Of a stretch of DNA of 64,000 bases, positions 14,208-34,290 are shown piece after piece. The DNA is taken from assembly GCA_021613535.1 (NCBI GenBank), contig CP075497.1, positions 5,208,001-5,272,000 of the forward strand. The letters are read 5' to 3'. Both the position numbers and the translations under genes were made by a program. A model generated the notes under the pieces. The model did no database searches. It was not told where the DNA came from and was given only the letters and a program-made list of their open reading frames with translations. Position 1 is the stretch's first letter, and each line of letters starts with the position of its first letter. The stretch comes from Adineta vaga. Its lineage: Eukaryota; Animalia; Rotifera.

Positions 14208-15659
14208 TTATATTTTATAATTAGCTGTTCGATCACCACAAGGACAATGACATAAATCTAATCGAACACATTGACAGCAAAGTATCGAAAAAAATAAAAC
14301 GAGAAAAATAACAGCACCAACAATAATACCAATAATCATACCAGAATTTAAACTTGGTATTACAGTTGACGAATCTAGAATCCAGAAAAATAGATTTAAA
14401 AAAAATCAATTTGTTTTATATCAATTACCGAATGTTCGAGAATGAATAGTAGCATTCGATGAAATAGTTGAATATTCTACTGGATTCGTATCATTCACTG
14501 TCGATTCTGTTGAAGAAATAGGTATCCCCATAATACTCGATATTACAATTGTTTTCGGTTCTGCTGTATACGGAATAGTCGTTTCGATGAAATTGGTTAC
14601 CATATTTGTTCCTGATTCTGTTATGTCTGATATTATACTACTTTTTGTGGAATCCTCGATTGGAGAATTAGTTTCTTGAACGGAATCTATCGTTGATACA
14701 GTTTCTGTAGTGTACTGTTCTATCAATACAATACTTCTACTAGATTGAATTGTTGTAGAAATGAATGCTGTTTTATCTGTATATTCAGAGGTAATTTCAT
14801 CTGAAATCGTTGTTTCCATTTGTATACTTCTTGGTGCACATAAACTAATATTCATATTACAGTAAGAACTTTGTGTACAAGCACAGTCTTGATGAGGTAT
14901 AGTTGTATCAGGATAATACATATAATATACATAGTCTTGTGTTTCTATCAATGGATTTGTAGGATTAGATTGTACTATTGGTTTTAATGCATAAAGTTTT
15001 TTATCAAGAAATATTTCATAAGTTTCTTCAAGAAGTCCTTCTTGAATTAGAGTATCACCATTCAAACCAATAGTACATAAAACATTATGATTACTTGTAT
15101 ATTCATGACAACTTTCATAGTTGATTAACGAATGTTCATAACAAGCTTCTGCTGCTTCAGATGTTTGATTACATTCGATAGTTTTGTTTAATATTGGTAA
15201 TGATTTTGGTAATTGATTCACATTGGAAACTTCTTGATTAGCAGCTTCACATGTTTCTAAATTTAGATTACAATTATTCATGGCACATATACATAATGTC
15301 ATTCGTGCAGCATTTTCATAAAGCATTACATTACACGTCGCCGAACCTATATCTGATGTTTCTGAGAAGCCTACACAATTTCGGGTAGCAATTAATCGAT
15401 GAAAGACATTAGTAAACCACATGCCATTTTGAACAGTAACATTTTCTACTTCATTCATATCACTGTGTGGAATATAAACCCGAATAGCACAGAGTTGAAA
15501 ATCATCATATGGACTTTCTGTTGCATTTACATGACATCTTAATTGGCCCGTTGGTTCAATGATATCAAGTACTGGAACATTGAAAAATGAATGAGCATTT
15601 CGAGGAATAACGATTGTTATTGTCAAGTAAACGATAAAACAAGGACGCATGATGTTCAT
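14208..15659 (-). CDS. Type I membrane protein: signal peptide, Cys-rich ectodomain, S/T-rich stalk, TM helix, Cys-rich tail (2 exons)
   Basis: ORF 14421-15659 has a hydrophobic N-terminus, motifs CICAMNNCN and CACTQSSYCN and a Thr/Ser-rich stalk. The second exon encodes MIIGIIVGAVIFLVLFFSILCCQCVRLDLCHCPC...YKI*. Confidence 0.8.
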
Positions 15660-16419
15660 TCAAATGAAGTATATAAAATTGTTCTATGAATAAAATGCGA
15701 TTGAGTGCAAGAGAGAAAAAAGGTTCTGATTACTGTGATTAACTGTAGTCATATGTTACAACACATCACCAATGACATACATATTTCGTTTCTTATAATG
15801 AACACCCTCAGTAAAAAGACACTCGTTCGTTTTTCTTTTAAACTGAAGTATCAAATAAGTACAATGAATGAAAACACAAAAAAGCACGCAACATCATTTC
15901 TTGCATTATTGTAAAGAGGATAAAAGTTCCTTCGACTTCTTATGCAAAAGAAAACAGACTTATTGAATTGAAAAATTGAAAAAAAAAGCCATATACACTA
16001 GTTCATGATTCATCTTTTCAGACTTCTCCGCCATCGACACTATTTACATTCAATCTTTATTGATCATTTGCTCTGAGCAGTTTTTTTCTATAACGATTGA
16101 AAAGTCTATACTTTCACGTTTTTTTTCTAGGTTTTGTTTATTTATACAATCGAACACATTCCAGATGATAGACAACTGTTTTATTCTTCTAGCCTACAGA
16201 TGTAAGATTGGTCCTAGACAATCCAAGAGAAGAAATTCTATTAAATTATTGTTTCATTGAAAACTTTTTCTAATTGTAAATAGAACTTTTTTTTATGCAA
16301 TCACAAAATATTTTTATTACAGTAGAAATAATAATGATGTATACATATATATTCTTATAAGCAGACGAAAAAGATCTATCTTAGATAGTTAAAATGAAAA
16401 CATCGAAACAAATGCTTAT

Positions 16420-24937
<8,518 letters not shown>

Positions 24938-25300
24938 ATTTGAAGAATTTATCTAGAGAAAAGTATAAGAAATTATAGATTGTGACAGATTTGTTATGAT
25001 AGAATTAACATCATGCTTTTTTCTTTCAATTAAAAGAATGTAAGTTCATTGGTTGTCAAGTTCATACCATGTTGCTACGAAGTTGTCCTCTTTCTATGGA
25101 ACACAAAAAAACTTGATCTGTTCTTGACAAGAATAACTTCTCTTATTACAAAATAATTTAAAATTTCTATAAACTCCAATGAAAATTAATTATTTTCTTC
25201 GATAGAGGTATTACTATAGACATGTAACCAATAATGGCTGTTTGAAAAATTGATTACACTACGGATTATACTAAGGATTCATCATCTATCTAATTTAAAA
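24938..25300. promoter_or_regulatory. Probable bidirectional promoter between KIFAP3 and BBS4
   Basis: Divergent ATGs are 363 bp apart. RFX-like half site GTTGCTACG at 25071-25079; no perfect X-box seen. Confidence 0.55.
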
Positions 25301-26992
25301 ATGAGCATTACAACGACTGATGTTCCACCTTCCATTCTTAAACCATCGGCTGGTCCGATGGGTTCTTCAAAATGGCCAAATGACCTATCAACAATCGATA
25401 AGTATAATTGGTTATTACATGTAATGTACGGTCGAGGTGAATATGATCGTATTCAACAATTTATACGTATTCAATCTCAAAAAAGCTCTTATATGACCTA
25501 TGTTCAAGCACTTGTTCATCGACAGGAAGGACGTATTGTTGAGGCACTTGATCTATTTCAAAAAGCTGTTGTGGAAAATCCCACTTTAATCAATATAAAA
25601 CAAGTTGCAAAATCTCTAGCATTACTTGGTCGATATCATGTAGCTATTGATGCTTATAAAGAAGCTCTAACACGAACAACAAATGATTGGGAAGTCTTCC
25701 ATAATTTAGGTTTGTGTTACATGCAATTACGTGAATTTAACGAAGCAAAACAATATTTTTTACAAGCATTACAAATTTCGGAAATTCAAGAAGCATCCTA
25801 TCTTGCATTAGGTAAACTTTTATTATTAGAAGGTGAACGTGATGAAGCAGAAACTATTTTTGAACGAGGTGCTAGACGTAATCCTGAATCTCCAGCACTC
25901 TTTACAAATATTGGTCTACTAGCATTTGAAGTATGAATTTCTTCTCTGTTATAAATCTAAAAATGTTGCTTTCTGGTTTTTCTTTTGTTTTTTCTAGAGA
26001 GCTCATTATACCAAAGCATTTGAATGTTTTGGTACAGCATTAACATTTTGTCCAACATATATACCAGCAATTATGGCTGCATGTCAAGTTATTCAAAAAC
26101 ATGGTGATGCTGATGTTGCATTATCTAAATATCGTATTATCTATGGACGAAAACCTGAATGTGCTCAAGTATGGAATAATATTGGCATGTGTTTCTTTTC
26201 GAAGAAAAAGTTTGTTGCTGCTGTGAGCTGTTTAAAACGTGCAAATTATTTAGCACCATTTGAATTATATATACTTTATAATTTGGCACTTGTACATTTA
26301 TATTTACAACAGAATGCATCAGCAGCAATATTTCTTCAATCAGCTATTCGAATCAATCGAAAACATGCACCAAGTTATGCTTTATTAGGTAAGTTCAATC
26401 AAAAAAAGATGATTGAATTATATATACATATATATATATATATATAGGTGTAACATTATCTAAACTCAATGATCCAGACAATGCTGAACGGGCATATGCA
26501 TATTCCCTTAAACTTGATCCAACAGATCCAATGGCATTACTCAATCATGCGATCTTTCAAGCAAATACAGGTGTATCTCCAGCGAAAATCAATATTACTA
26601 TGCAACAATTTCATCGTTATTATGCAGAACGAGCAGCATCAATAAATCCACGTGAATTAGATACATCTATGCTAGATGTTGCAACAAAATTAGGTTTTCC
26701 AGCACCACCTCCAGCGCCACCCAGAGCTTCTTCGCCACAACCTCCATCGACTATGCCATTATTTCAACCACCACCTGCATTCCCATTGTCAACCACGTCT
26801 GCTCAATCGACAGACAATAATTTACTACCATCAGCACCAGCATCATCATCATCTTTGTTCTCCCCAAGTGATTCAAGAGATGAAGATTTATCCAAAAAAT
26901 CATCTCAAGAATTACCTACCGTTAAAACGAAAATCTATGACGATAATCGTCATAAACAACGACGCATGAAACAAGACACTGAAGCCACGTAA
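25301..26992 (+). CDS. BBS4: Bardet-Biedl syndrome 4 protein (TPR, BBSome), 3 exons, Pro-rich C-terminal tail
   Basis: [101 protein letters not shown] all match the BBS4 pattern. Confidence 0.95.
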
Positions 26993-27213
26993 CCAAAACT
27001 AACGACAGTTTTTTTCGATTTTTCTTAAGCGTTTGTATCGTGTAAAATTTATTTATTTGTTTTTCTACAGCACATTTATTTCATTCCAATCATATTCTAC
27101 TTCGACATAATAAATTTGTTTACAACGAATGTATACTAGAGTAAAATTCTTTGAAAAAGCTCTAGTTTTAATTCTTAAATAAAATAAATCTTTACTTTTT
27201 ACAGATTTATTTG

Positions 27214-29801
27214 ATGTCATTTCGTGTTGAAACTACACCTAATCATTTTACTGATTATGAAATCTTTTCTTCTACTCGATTTCATCAACTTGGTCAACAA
27301 TTTCTTTCTCTGATCAATCCAAATCATGGAACGACATCAGCTGAAATTGTAACTGAAACTGAAACCAATGCTCGAAATATTATTCAGCAACCATCTGATC
27401 TTTGCCGAGCATATCATGAACAACCACCATACTACGTAACTAATCAAGATGTTCTTAAAGAAATTAAAGAAAATTTTCTTCCACACAAATCAATTTTTCC
27501 TTAACCACCATCAACGATTACTAATAAAGGTAATGATGAACAGATGACATCATCAATTGCTGATTGGCAAACAAATAAACAATCGAAAGATTCTTCTCAA
27601 AATCTTTCTTCACAAATTATAACAATTGTTCAATGTCGTTTGAAAGTAACTAGCGCGATGTCATCTTCATCACATCGACCTGGAAGACATGCTGTTCGTC
27701 TATTTATTGATTGTCAACAATATAAACAAATGGATGCATTTTTAGATATTGTCAATGAAGCACTTGATCTTGATCTTGATACGATCAAAACATTATGGGA
27801 TGTAAAATGTGAACAAGTAAGATAGTATTATTTCTAAAATTCCTAACAAAAAGAATCAATTCTATCTCAATTAGATTACTGATCCAATGGATTTACTTCG
27901 TCGTGGTCGTTTATATTTTGCATCTCGTGATGAAGATATGACGTTTGATGAATGTAATGTTACTGAGAATGATATTGCTTCTATTAATCGACTTGAAACC
28001 GTTCGTCATCAATTACGACAATTAGCACATTTTGTTGAGAAACCTTTATCAAATGAGAAAGCACGTACTCCATCACGACGAAGTACACCATTTAATGTGG
28101 ATGAACGTCGTGCATCATCAGTACATGGACAACAGATTAATGATTTTGATTTACAAATGTTTCCAGAAGTATTCTTACGTCATTATACAGTTGGAGATGT
28201 GTTAGGCGATGGACGGTTTTCTTCTGTTCATGAATGTCGAGATAAAGCAACAGGAATTCAATTAGCTTTGAAAATTATTGATAAAACAAGATGCCAAGGA
28301 TATGTTGTCAGTTGAAATCATGATTGGAACGTATTTCAAATCTGAAAAAGTTATCTTTTGTCTTTTAGGAATATCTAATTGAAAATGAATTAGCTATTTT
28401 ACGACGTGTCAAACATCCAAATATTATTAAACTTGTTGAAGAATTTCAAACAGATCTGAAATATTTTCTTGTCTTTGAATATGTATCAGTAAGTTTAATC
28501 ATAAATCTTCATTACAAATACACATTTTATACACATTGAAGAATGGTGATTTATTAACTGCTGTAACTACTATGAATAAATATAGTGAACATGATGTTGC
28601 TTTGATGTTAAGTCAAATCGCTGCTGCATTGAAACATCTTCACTCATTGGATATTGTTCATCGTGATGTTAAATTAGACAATGTTTTAGTATGAAAGAAT
28701 ATTGAACGATTAATGTGTTTATTGATATTTATTTGTTAATTTAGATGGCAAATCATCCTGATCAAAGCGTTACATTAAAATTAGCTGATTTTGGTTTAGC
28801 ATTTTGTTTAACAGATCAAAAATCCAAGGTTGCAGCAAATAGTGAAGAGAGTAGTCTATGTGGTACTCCAATGTATCTCGCACCAGAAGTGATTGATACT
28901 CGAGAGTAAGCCAAGGAAAAGGACGGTTCGATGGTGTAGTGGTTATCACGTCTGCTTCACACGCAGAAGGTCGCGAGTTCGAACCTCGCTCGAACCTTTT
29001 CTCTTTTTTTGCTTTTCTACGATGATGAAATCGATAGTAAACTACAATTTATAAGGAAAAAATCAATGAAAGAGAAAACTTCTATGAAAGAACAATCAAA
29101 ATGAGAATGTTTACTAAATTTCTTTCCTATCTCGAAAATGATGATGCATATATTGAATAATATTTATACAAACTCAATAAATTTCTCGAATCATATATCA
29201 TCTTGTATCTTTCTAGTTATCGAATTGAAAATGATATGTGGTCATTGGGTATTATCGCATTTACTCTTCTTAGTGGATTAGCACCATTCGATGGGTAAGT
29301 TAATAATCTAAAACTCGAATGAAATCTTGCGAAACGAACATATAATTCTAGTGATAATGATAATGAAATTCTATTCAATGTTACTAATCGTACTATTGAT
29401 TTCAATCTCTTACCGAAAATCTCCACGGAATGTCGAGAAGTTCTTACATTAATGCTTGAACGTGATCCAACGAAACGAATTAGTGCTAGTGAATTATTAC
29501 AACATCCATGGATTAAAGTTTGTTGATAATTTCACATAATAAATAGATTAAATAATTTTATTTTTAGCGAGAAATGCAAAAACGATTAGAACCTATCAGT
29601 GATGGATCATTAACACGACGTCGAAAGAAAGGTGCAACACAGCAGCAACCATTGCTTACGGTAAGATTCGATCGGATTCTTTCAAACGAAAAAAAACACG
29701 ATTTTCATCACTAATATTTTTAGTTTTCTTCGGTTGAACATCCTCATTCGATTCAAGCAACAAAAGCAGGTGGTCTTATGGGTGATATTGATGAACTATA
29801 A
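27214..29801 (+). CDS. Doublecortin-like Ser/Thr kinase (single DCX-like domain plus CaMK-type kinase); start at 27214 or 27544 because of an in-frame TAA at 27502-27504
   Basis: DCX-like RHAVRLFID...IKTLWDVKCEQITDPMDLL...YFAS. Kinase motifs LGDGRFSSV, ALKIIDK, IENELAILRRVKHPNII, HRDVKLDN, KLADFGLA, CGTPMYLAPE, DMWSLG. Confidence 0.85.
28925..28997 (+). tRNA. tRNA-Val (anticodon CAC), inside the kinase intron 28906-29216
   Basis: Full cloverleaf: acceptor GGTTCGA/TCGAACC, anticodon stem TCTGC/GCAGA with loop TTCACAC, T arm GCGAG-TTCGAAC-CTCGC, followed by T runs (Pol III terminator). Confidence 0.95.
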
Positions 29802-30085
29802 AAGAATCGAGCATTTTGTATTTCTTTTCTCATATAATTCAATCTCATCAATACATATAATATAATTTTTGTTTGAAGAACTCTTTCTCATTATACTTAG
29901 ATGTACTGATGTAACCAAATTTTGATATAATAATTCGTTGATATGTACGATGAATTTTTCTATATGAAATATATCTGAGTTGTTCATCGTAAAAAAGAGT
30001 TTTTAACTGTATTTCACTAGATGTACAAGCAATCACAAACAAGAGAAAGAAAAAAGACAGAATGTTTTTTCATAAAATACAGATA

Positions 30086-33000
30086 TCATTTTGTTGTCGG
30101 TGGTTGGGATTTATTGACAATGAGAACGGGATTGGAAAGTTTTACAGCCGGTGTAAGACATGTTGATGATGATGATGATAATGGTTTAATAATATTAATT
30201 TGTTTTGGTATAAGTGGTACTGTTTCAACGGCATTAGCTGATGAAATGGAATGTAGAGAATTTGTATCAGAATCATTCTTTGGTGATGTTATTAATTGAA
30301 TAGTAGATTGTGGTTGAGGTTCCGATAATGTTGATTTAGCAATTGAAAGACGAATAATACGAGTATTTGTATTTGTTGAAGATGAGATATCATTGTTTAT
30401 CTAAAGAAAAAGAATTTCTTCTCGAAGGAAAAGAATTTTGATTCTTTACTTACAGGTTGTGTTTCAATTTGTCCAGTACTTGTCGATTTAATTGTGGTTA
30501 TCTTTTTTAATTCTTTATTTTGTGAATCTCGAACAACGATTGTTTCACTATTTTCTCGTGTAAATGAATGCATATTTTGTGTTGTTACTGTTGATCCACC
30601 CATAATTGGTTTCAATTCAATGATTGGCGTGCAAAGAGCGTGTTGTTTTGATTCATTAGTATCGGAATAAGTTCGTATATAATTATCATAACGATTCGTT
30701 TGTGATGAACGTCGATGAGATCGTTCATTTGATTCGTTTAGTTTTCTTAATTCAATTACATTTATTGTCGATTGAATATTCGATAAAGATAAAGATGTTG
30801 TTGGTTTTGGAAGAATTAATGTTTGAGTTTTCAGTAAATTTGATTGAGACGAAGGAGAAACTGGTGTAGAAAATGATGTAGTAATCAAATTTCTCATCGC
30901 TAAATTTCAACAGAGACAGATAGTAATTTTTGATTGCAAATAGAATAACAAATTATCTTACATTTTGCATTTCTTATATTTGCATTATTTTGACGGATTA
31001 AATTATAAAAATTTAATATATCCGGTGATTTTGAAAGGATAACTGATTGAGTATTATTCAATGCATTTACTGATACAACACGAGCAATCGTTGATGATTT
31101 ACTTAATAGCATTTTGTCATTGTCGTTCAATGTACATTGCAACGGATCAATCATTTGTTGATATTTTTTCTTATATTCTTCCTTGGAATAATTCGGTGAA
31201 ACACAAAGACTTGGAAGCGAGGCATGCACACTAGTAATTAATGCAAGATCTAGCACACATTGTGTAACAGATATAACCGTATTACGTCCATATTGATGAA
31301 TGAGATCATTGAAAAATGTTGTCGAAATATTATGCAATGATGAAATATTTGATTGAGGAGTTTTATTTAAAATACTTGGAGTTGTTAGACGACGAGTTGG
31401 TGTTGCCGCTGGCGAAACATTAACAATGACAGGTAATGATGAACTAAATGAATCATTTGTTTTGAAAGAAAAAAAAATTTCATTTTAATTTACTTCATGG
31501 AATTATGAGTAGAGATGAGCGAACATTCAGGACATGAACATTTGATTAGCAGACGTTGTTGGGGATATCGTCGATCATGTATATGAACAATTAATGGACC
31601 CGATTCACTTAATGCTTTTAAAAACCACGATGAATTCATATTGGATATTGATGATGGTGGAGTTATAGAAGCAGTTTGTGATGATGTAGAAATTTGTATA
31701 TCGAAATCCTCAACGACAATATCAATTTTTGTCCAACTTACACGAAGACCACGTAATGCCTAATTAGAAAAAGAAACCAATTTGAAATACATATATATAT
31801 CTAAGTATTTCTTCGACAAACTTCTTCGATTTTTGTTAATATTTTAGTACGTTGTGCATGCCAATCAGCTGTTCCATAAATTGCTAATTGAACTTCGATA
31901 ATTTTATGTTCTCGAGAACGAATCTTCAATAAATACGTATCAGGATCATGTCCACCTAGAAATTAAAACAAACATTTTCTAAATATACACATATCCATCG
32001 GTTATCATACGTCCTAATGCCAGTGTTAATTTTGCTCGTGCTTTTTCCATTAGTGTTTGTGGTGTAGAAGAAACAGGTTGGAATTCAATCACAATTCGAC
32101 TATTGATAAGTTGTTGTGTCTCATCATCATGTTCAGATTTGAACACTGGTAAACGTTCACCAAATTGTTTTTCAATTTCTGCATCAGTTAATTGAACTGT
32201 AGAAGAAATTTGAGTTGAAGAACGTTTTTTTCGGATTGGCGTTTTCACTTTTTTTAATCGAGGTAATGATTCACTTTCTTCAATGTAAAATTTCTTTCGT
32301 TTTCGAATACGTTTTGGACGAGAAGAAACTAAAGAATTGGAATCTTCATTAGTTGAAGGTTGACGAAGTAGATGAATGTTTTGAACATAATTATCAAGAA
32401 CACCAGAACTATAAGACAAAGGTTTTCTTTAGAATTGATTCTTTTTTTTTAGAATTACATACAATTCTGATGTACCGAAACTCATTGCACCTATTGATGT
32501 CATCTAAATAAAACAATAGAACAAGATTTTAAAGATTTAATATCATAGAAAAATCATACATTGACTTCAACTGGTTCTTCTTTCGGTTCCATTAGTACCT
32601 AAAAATAATCGAAATATATAATCCATATGAAAATCAAATTGAATTTAGTGTACTTGTTCAGATTCGATAGGTTCATTTTTAATTAGAGATGATTCATTTG
32701 ATATAATTGATTCTAAAATGAAATTTATTACAATATTTCTAACAAAAAAAAGAAGATCTCTTTTTCTTTACCATTATTGATAGATGGCTGATTATTTAAA
32801 GTACAAAGATTCGAATTCGTAGTTTCGTTTTGTAAACAATCGAAGATAGTATTTGATGAAGTTTGACGATCATTTTCAAATGTAAAAATAAAATCACTTG
32901 ATTGTGGTAAATCTCGAATATTTCGTCGTTGTCTTTTATTCGCCAATTGCACGTTTAATTTAACAGGCGTCGTTGATTTCCGTTTTTTATTATCTAAAAG

Positions 33001-33463
33001 TTTTTTTTTTTAAAAACATCAAATATTAATAGAAAACCAATCCTATAAATTTACCTGGTGATTGAACAGTATTCTTATCACTTTTCACTTTCGGTGAGCA
33101 ATTAATCGATGGATCTGTTGTGAAAATCTCTTGTGAAGATGTTCGTATTAAACTTTGATCTTCCATTACTTTAGTCATTTGTTCAGGTGAATCAATAAGA
33201 AATTGTTGTGCAAATGATTTCATATCCATCTCATGATCTTCTTGTTCAATATGAAGATCAGTTTCTCTATCATTATTCATCGTTTGTTGTTGTTCAGTTA
33301 TTTTCGAATGAAATTCTTGAATATCATTCAAAGAATTGAATGCAGCAAAATATTCATTATCAATAAGATGACATTCATCTGATTTTGAGGATGTCCGATC
33401 TTGTTCATTTATTTGTTGAATAATTGAAGAAAATAATGATAAACGCGCTTTCTTTTTACCCAT
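30086..33463 (-). CDS. Uncharacterised multi-exon protein, basic NLS-like segments and S/T-rich C-terminus
   Basis: Chain of minus-strand ORFs (33026-33487, 32728-32952, 31979-32419, 30900-31337, 30397-30897) bounded by short GT-AG introns. ATG MGKKKARLS at 33463; ends SQPPTTK* at 30086. No family recognised. Confidence 0.7.
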
Positions 33464-34290
33464 TTGAATCGAGAAAAACACACACACACACAGAGATTTT
33501 CACAGAGTTTTCCTTCTACTTCTCCAAGGCAAGAAAATCGCGGCCAATCTACCCTCCGCAATAAACTGACCAAACAAAGCGATTGCTTGCCCAGTAGTGT
33601 TACAGTTAGCATCCATTGAAGACTAAACTTTCTTCAACGAAATCAATTGGTATATGAAGAAAAAAAAATTATTATCAAGAAAAGTTGATTTTTATTCTTC
33701 AGATGTCTCATAAGAGACAAAGAAAACGAATTTATTATATAAATCTCTCTTCGACTAGATGACACTAGTAGTTGATTAGAAAAAAAGAAAATTTTTTCGA
33801 AGTGTACATGAAGTGCAAATGAATAATGTTATTCTAACATGAAAGCAAACATATTAGTTCATGAATAACAGAATTCATATTCGATTAGAATCAATATAGA
33901 ATAATAATGACGATTTGTTTCGATAAGAACTGTGCTTTACACAACAATGATTTCCCTCGAGATAATTCAGTTTATTAGGATTATTTGCATCAATCTTTGA
34001 CTTGATTGATTTAATAAACATTTGATAAACACACAAAACAAGTAAATGTATGCCATATGATTAGAATTCTATATAAAAAAAAATTATTGCACTCTTGACA
34101 TTGTTCGATTATAAACATATATGAAAAATGGTATAATAATTTGATTTGATAGGAATGATTTCAGTGAAATTCGTTTTTTTTTCAACAGATTATTTTTGAG
34201 TAAATTATTTTTTAGAAAACACAGAAGAAAGAAAGAAACACGCACACACACACACACACACCACTGTAGAATCTATAATTATAAACAAAT

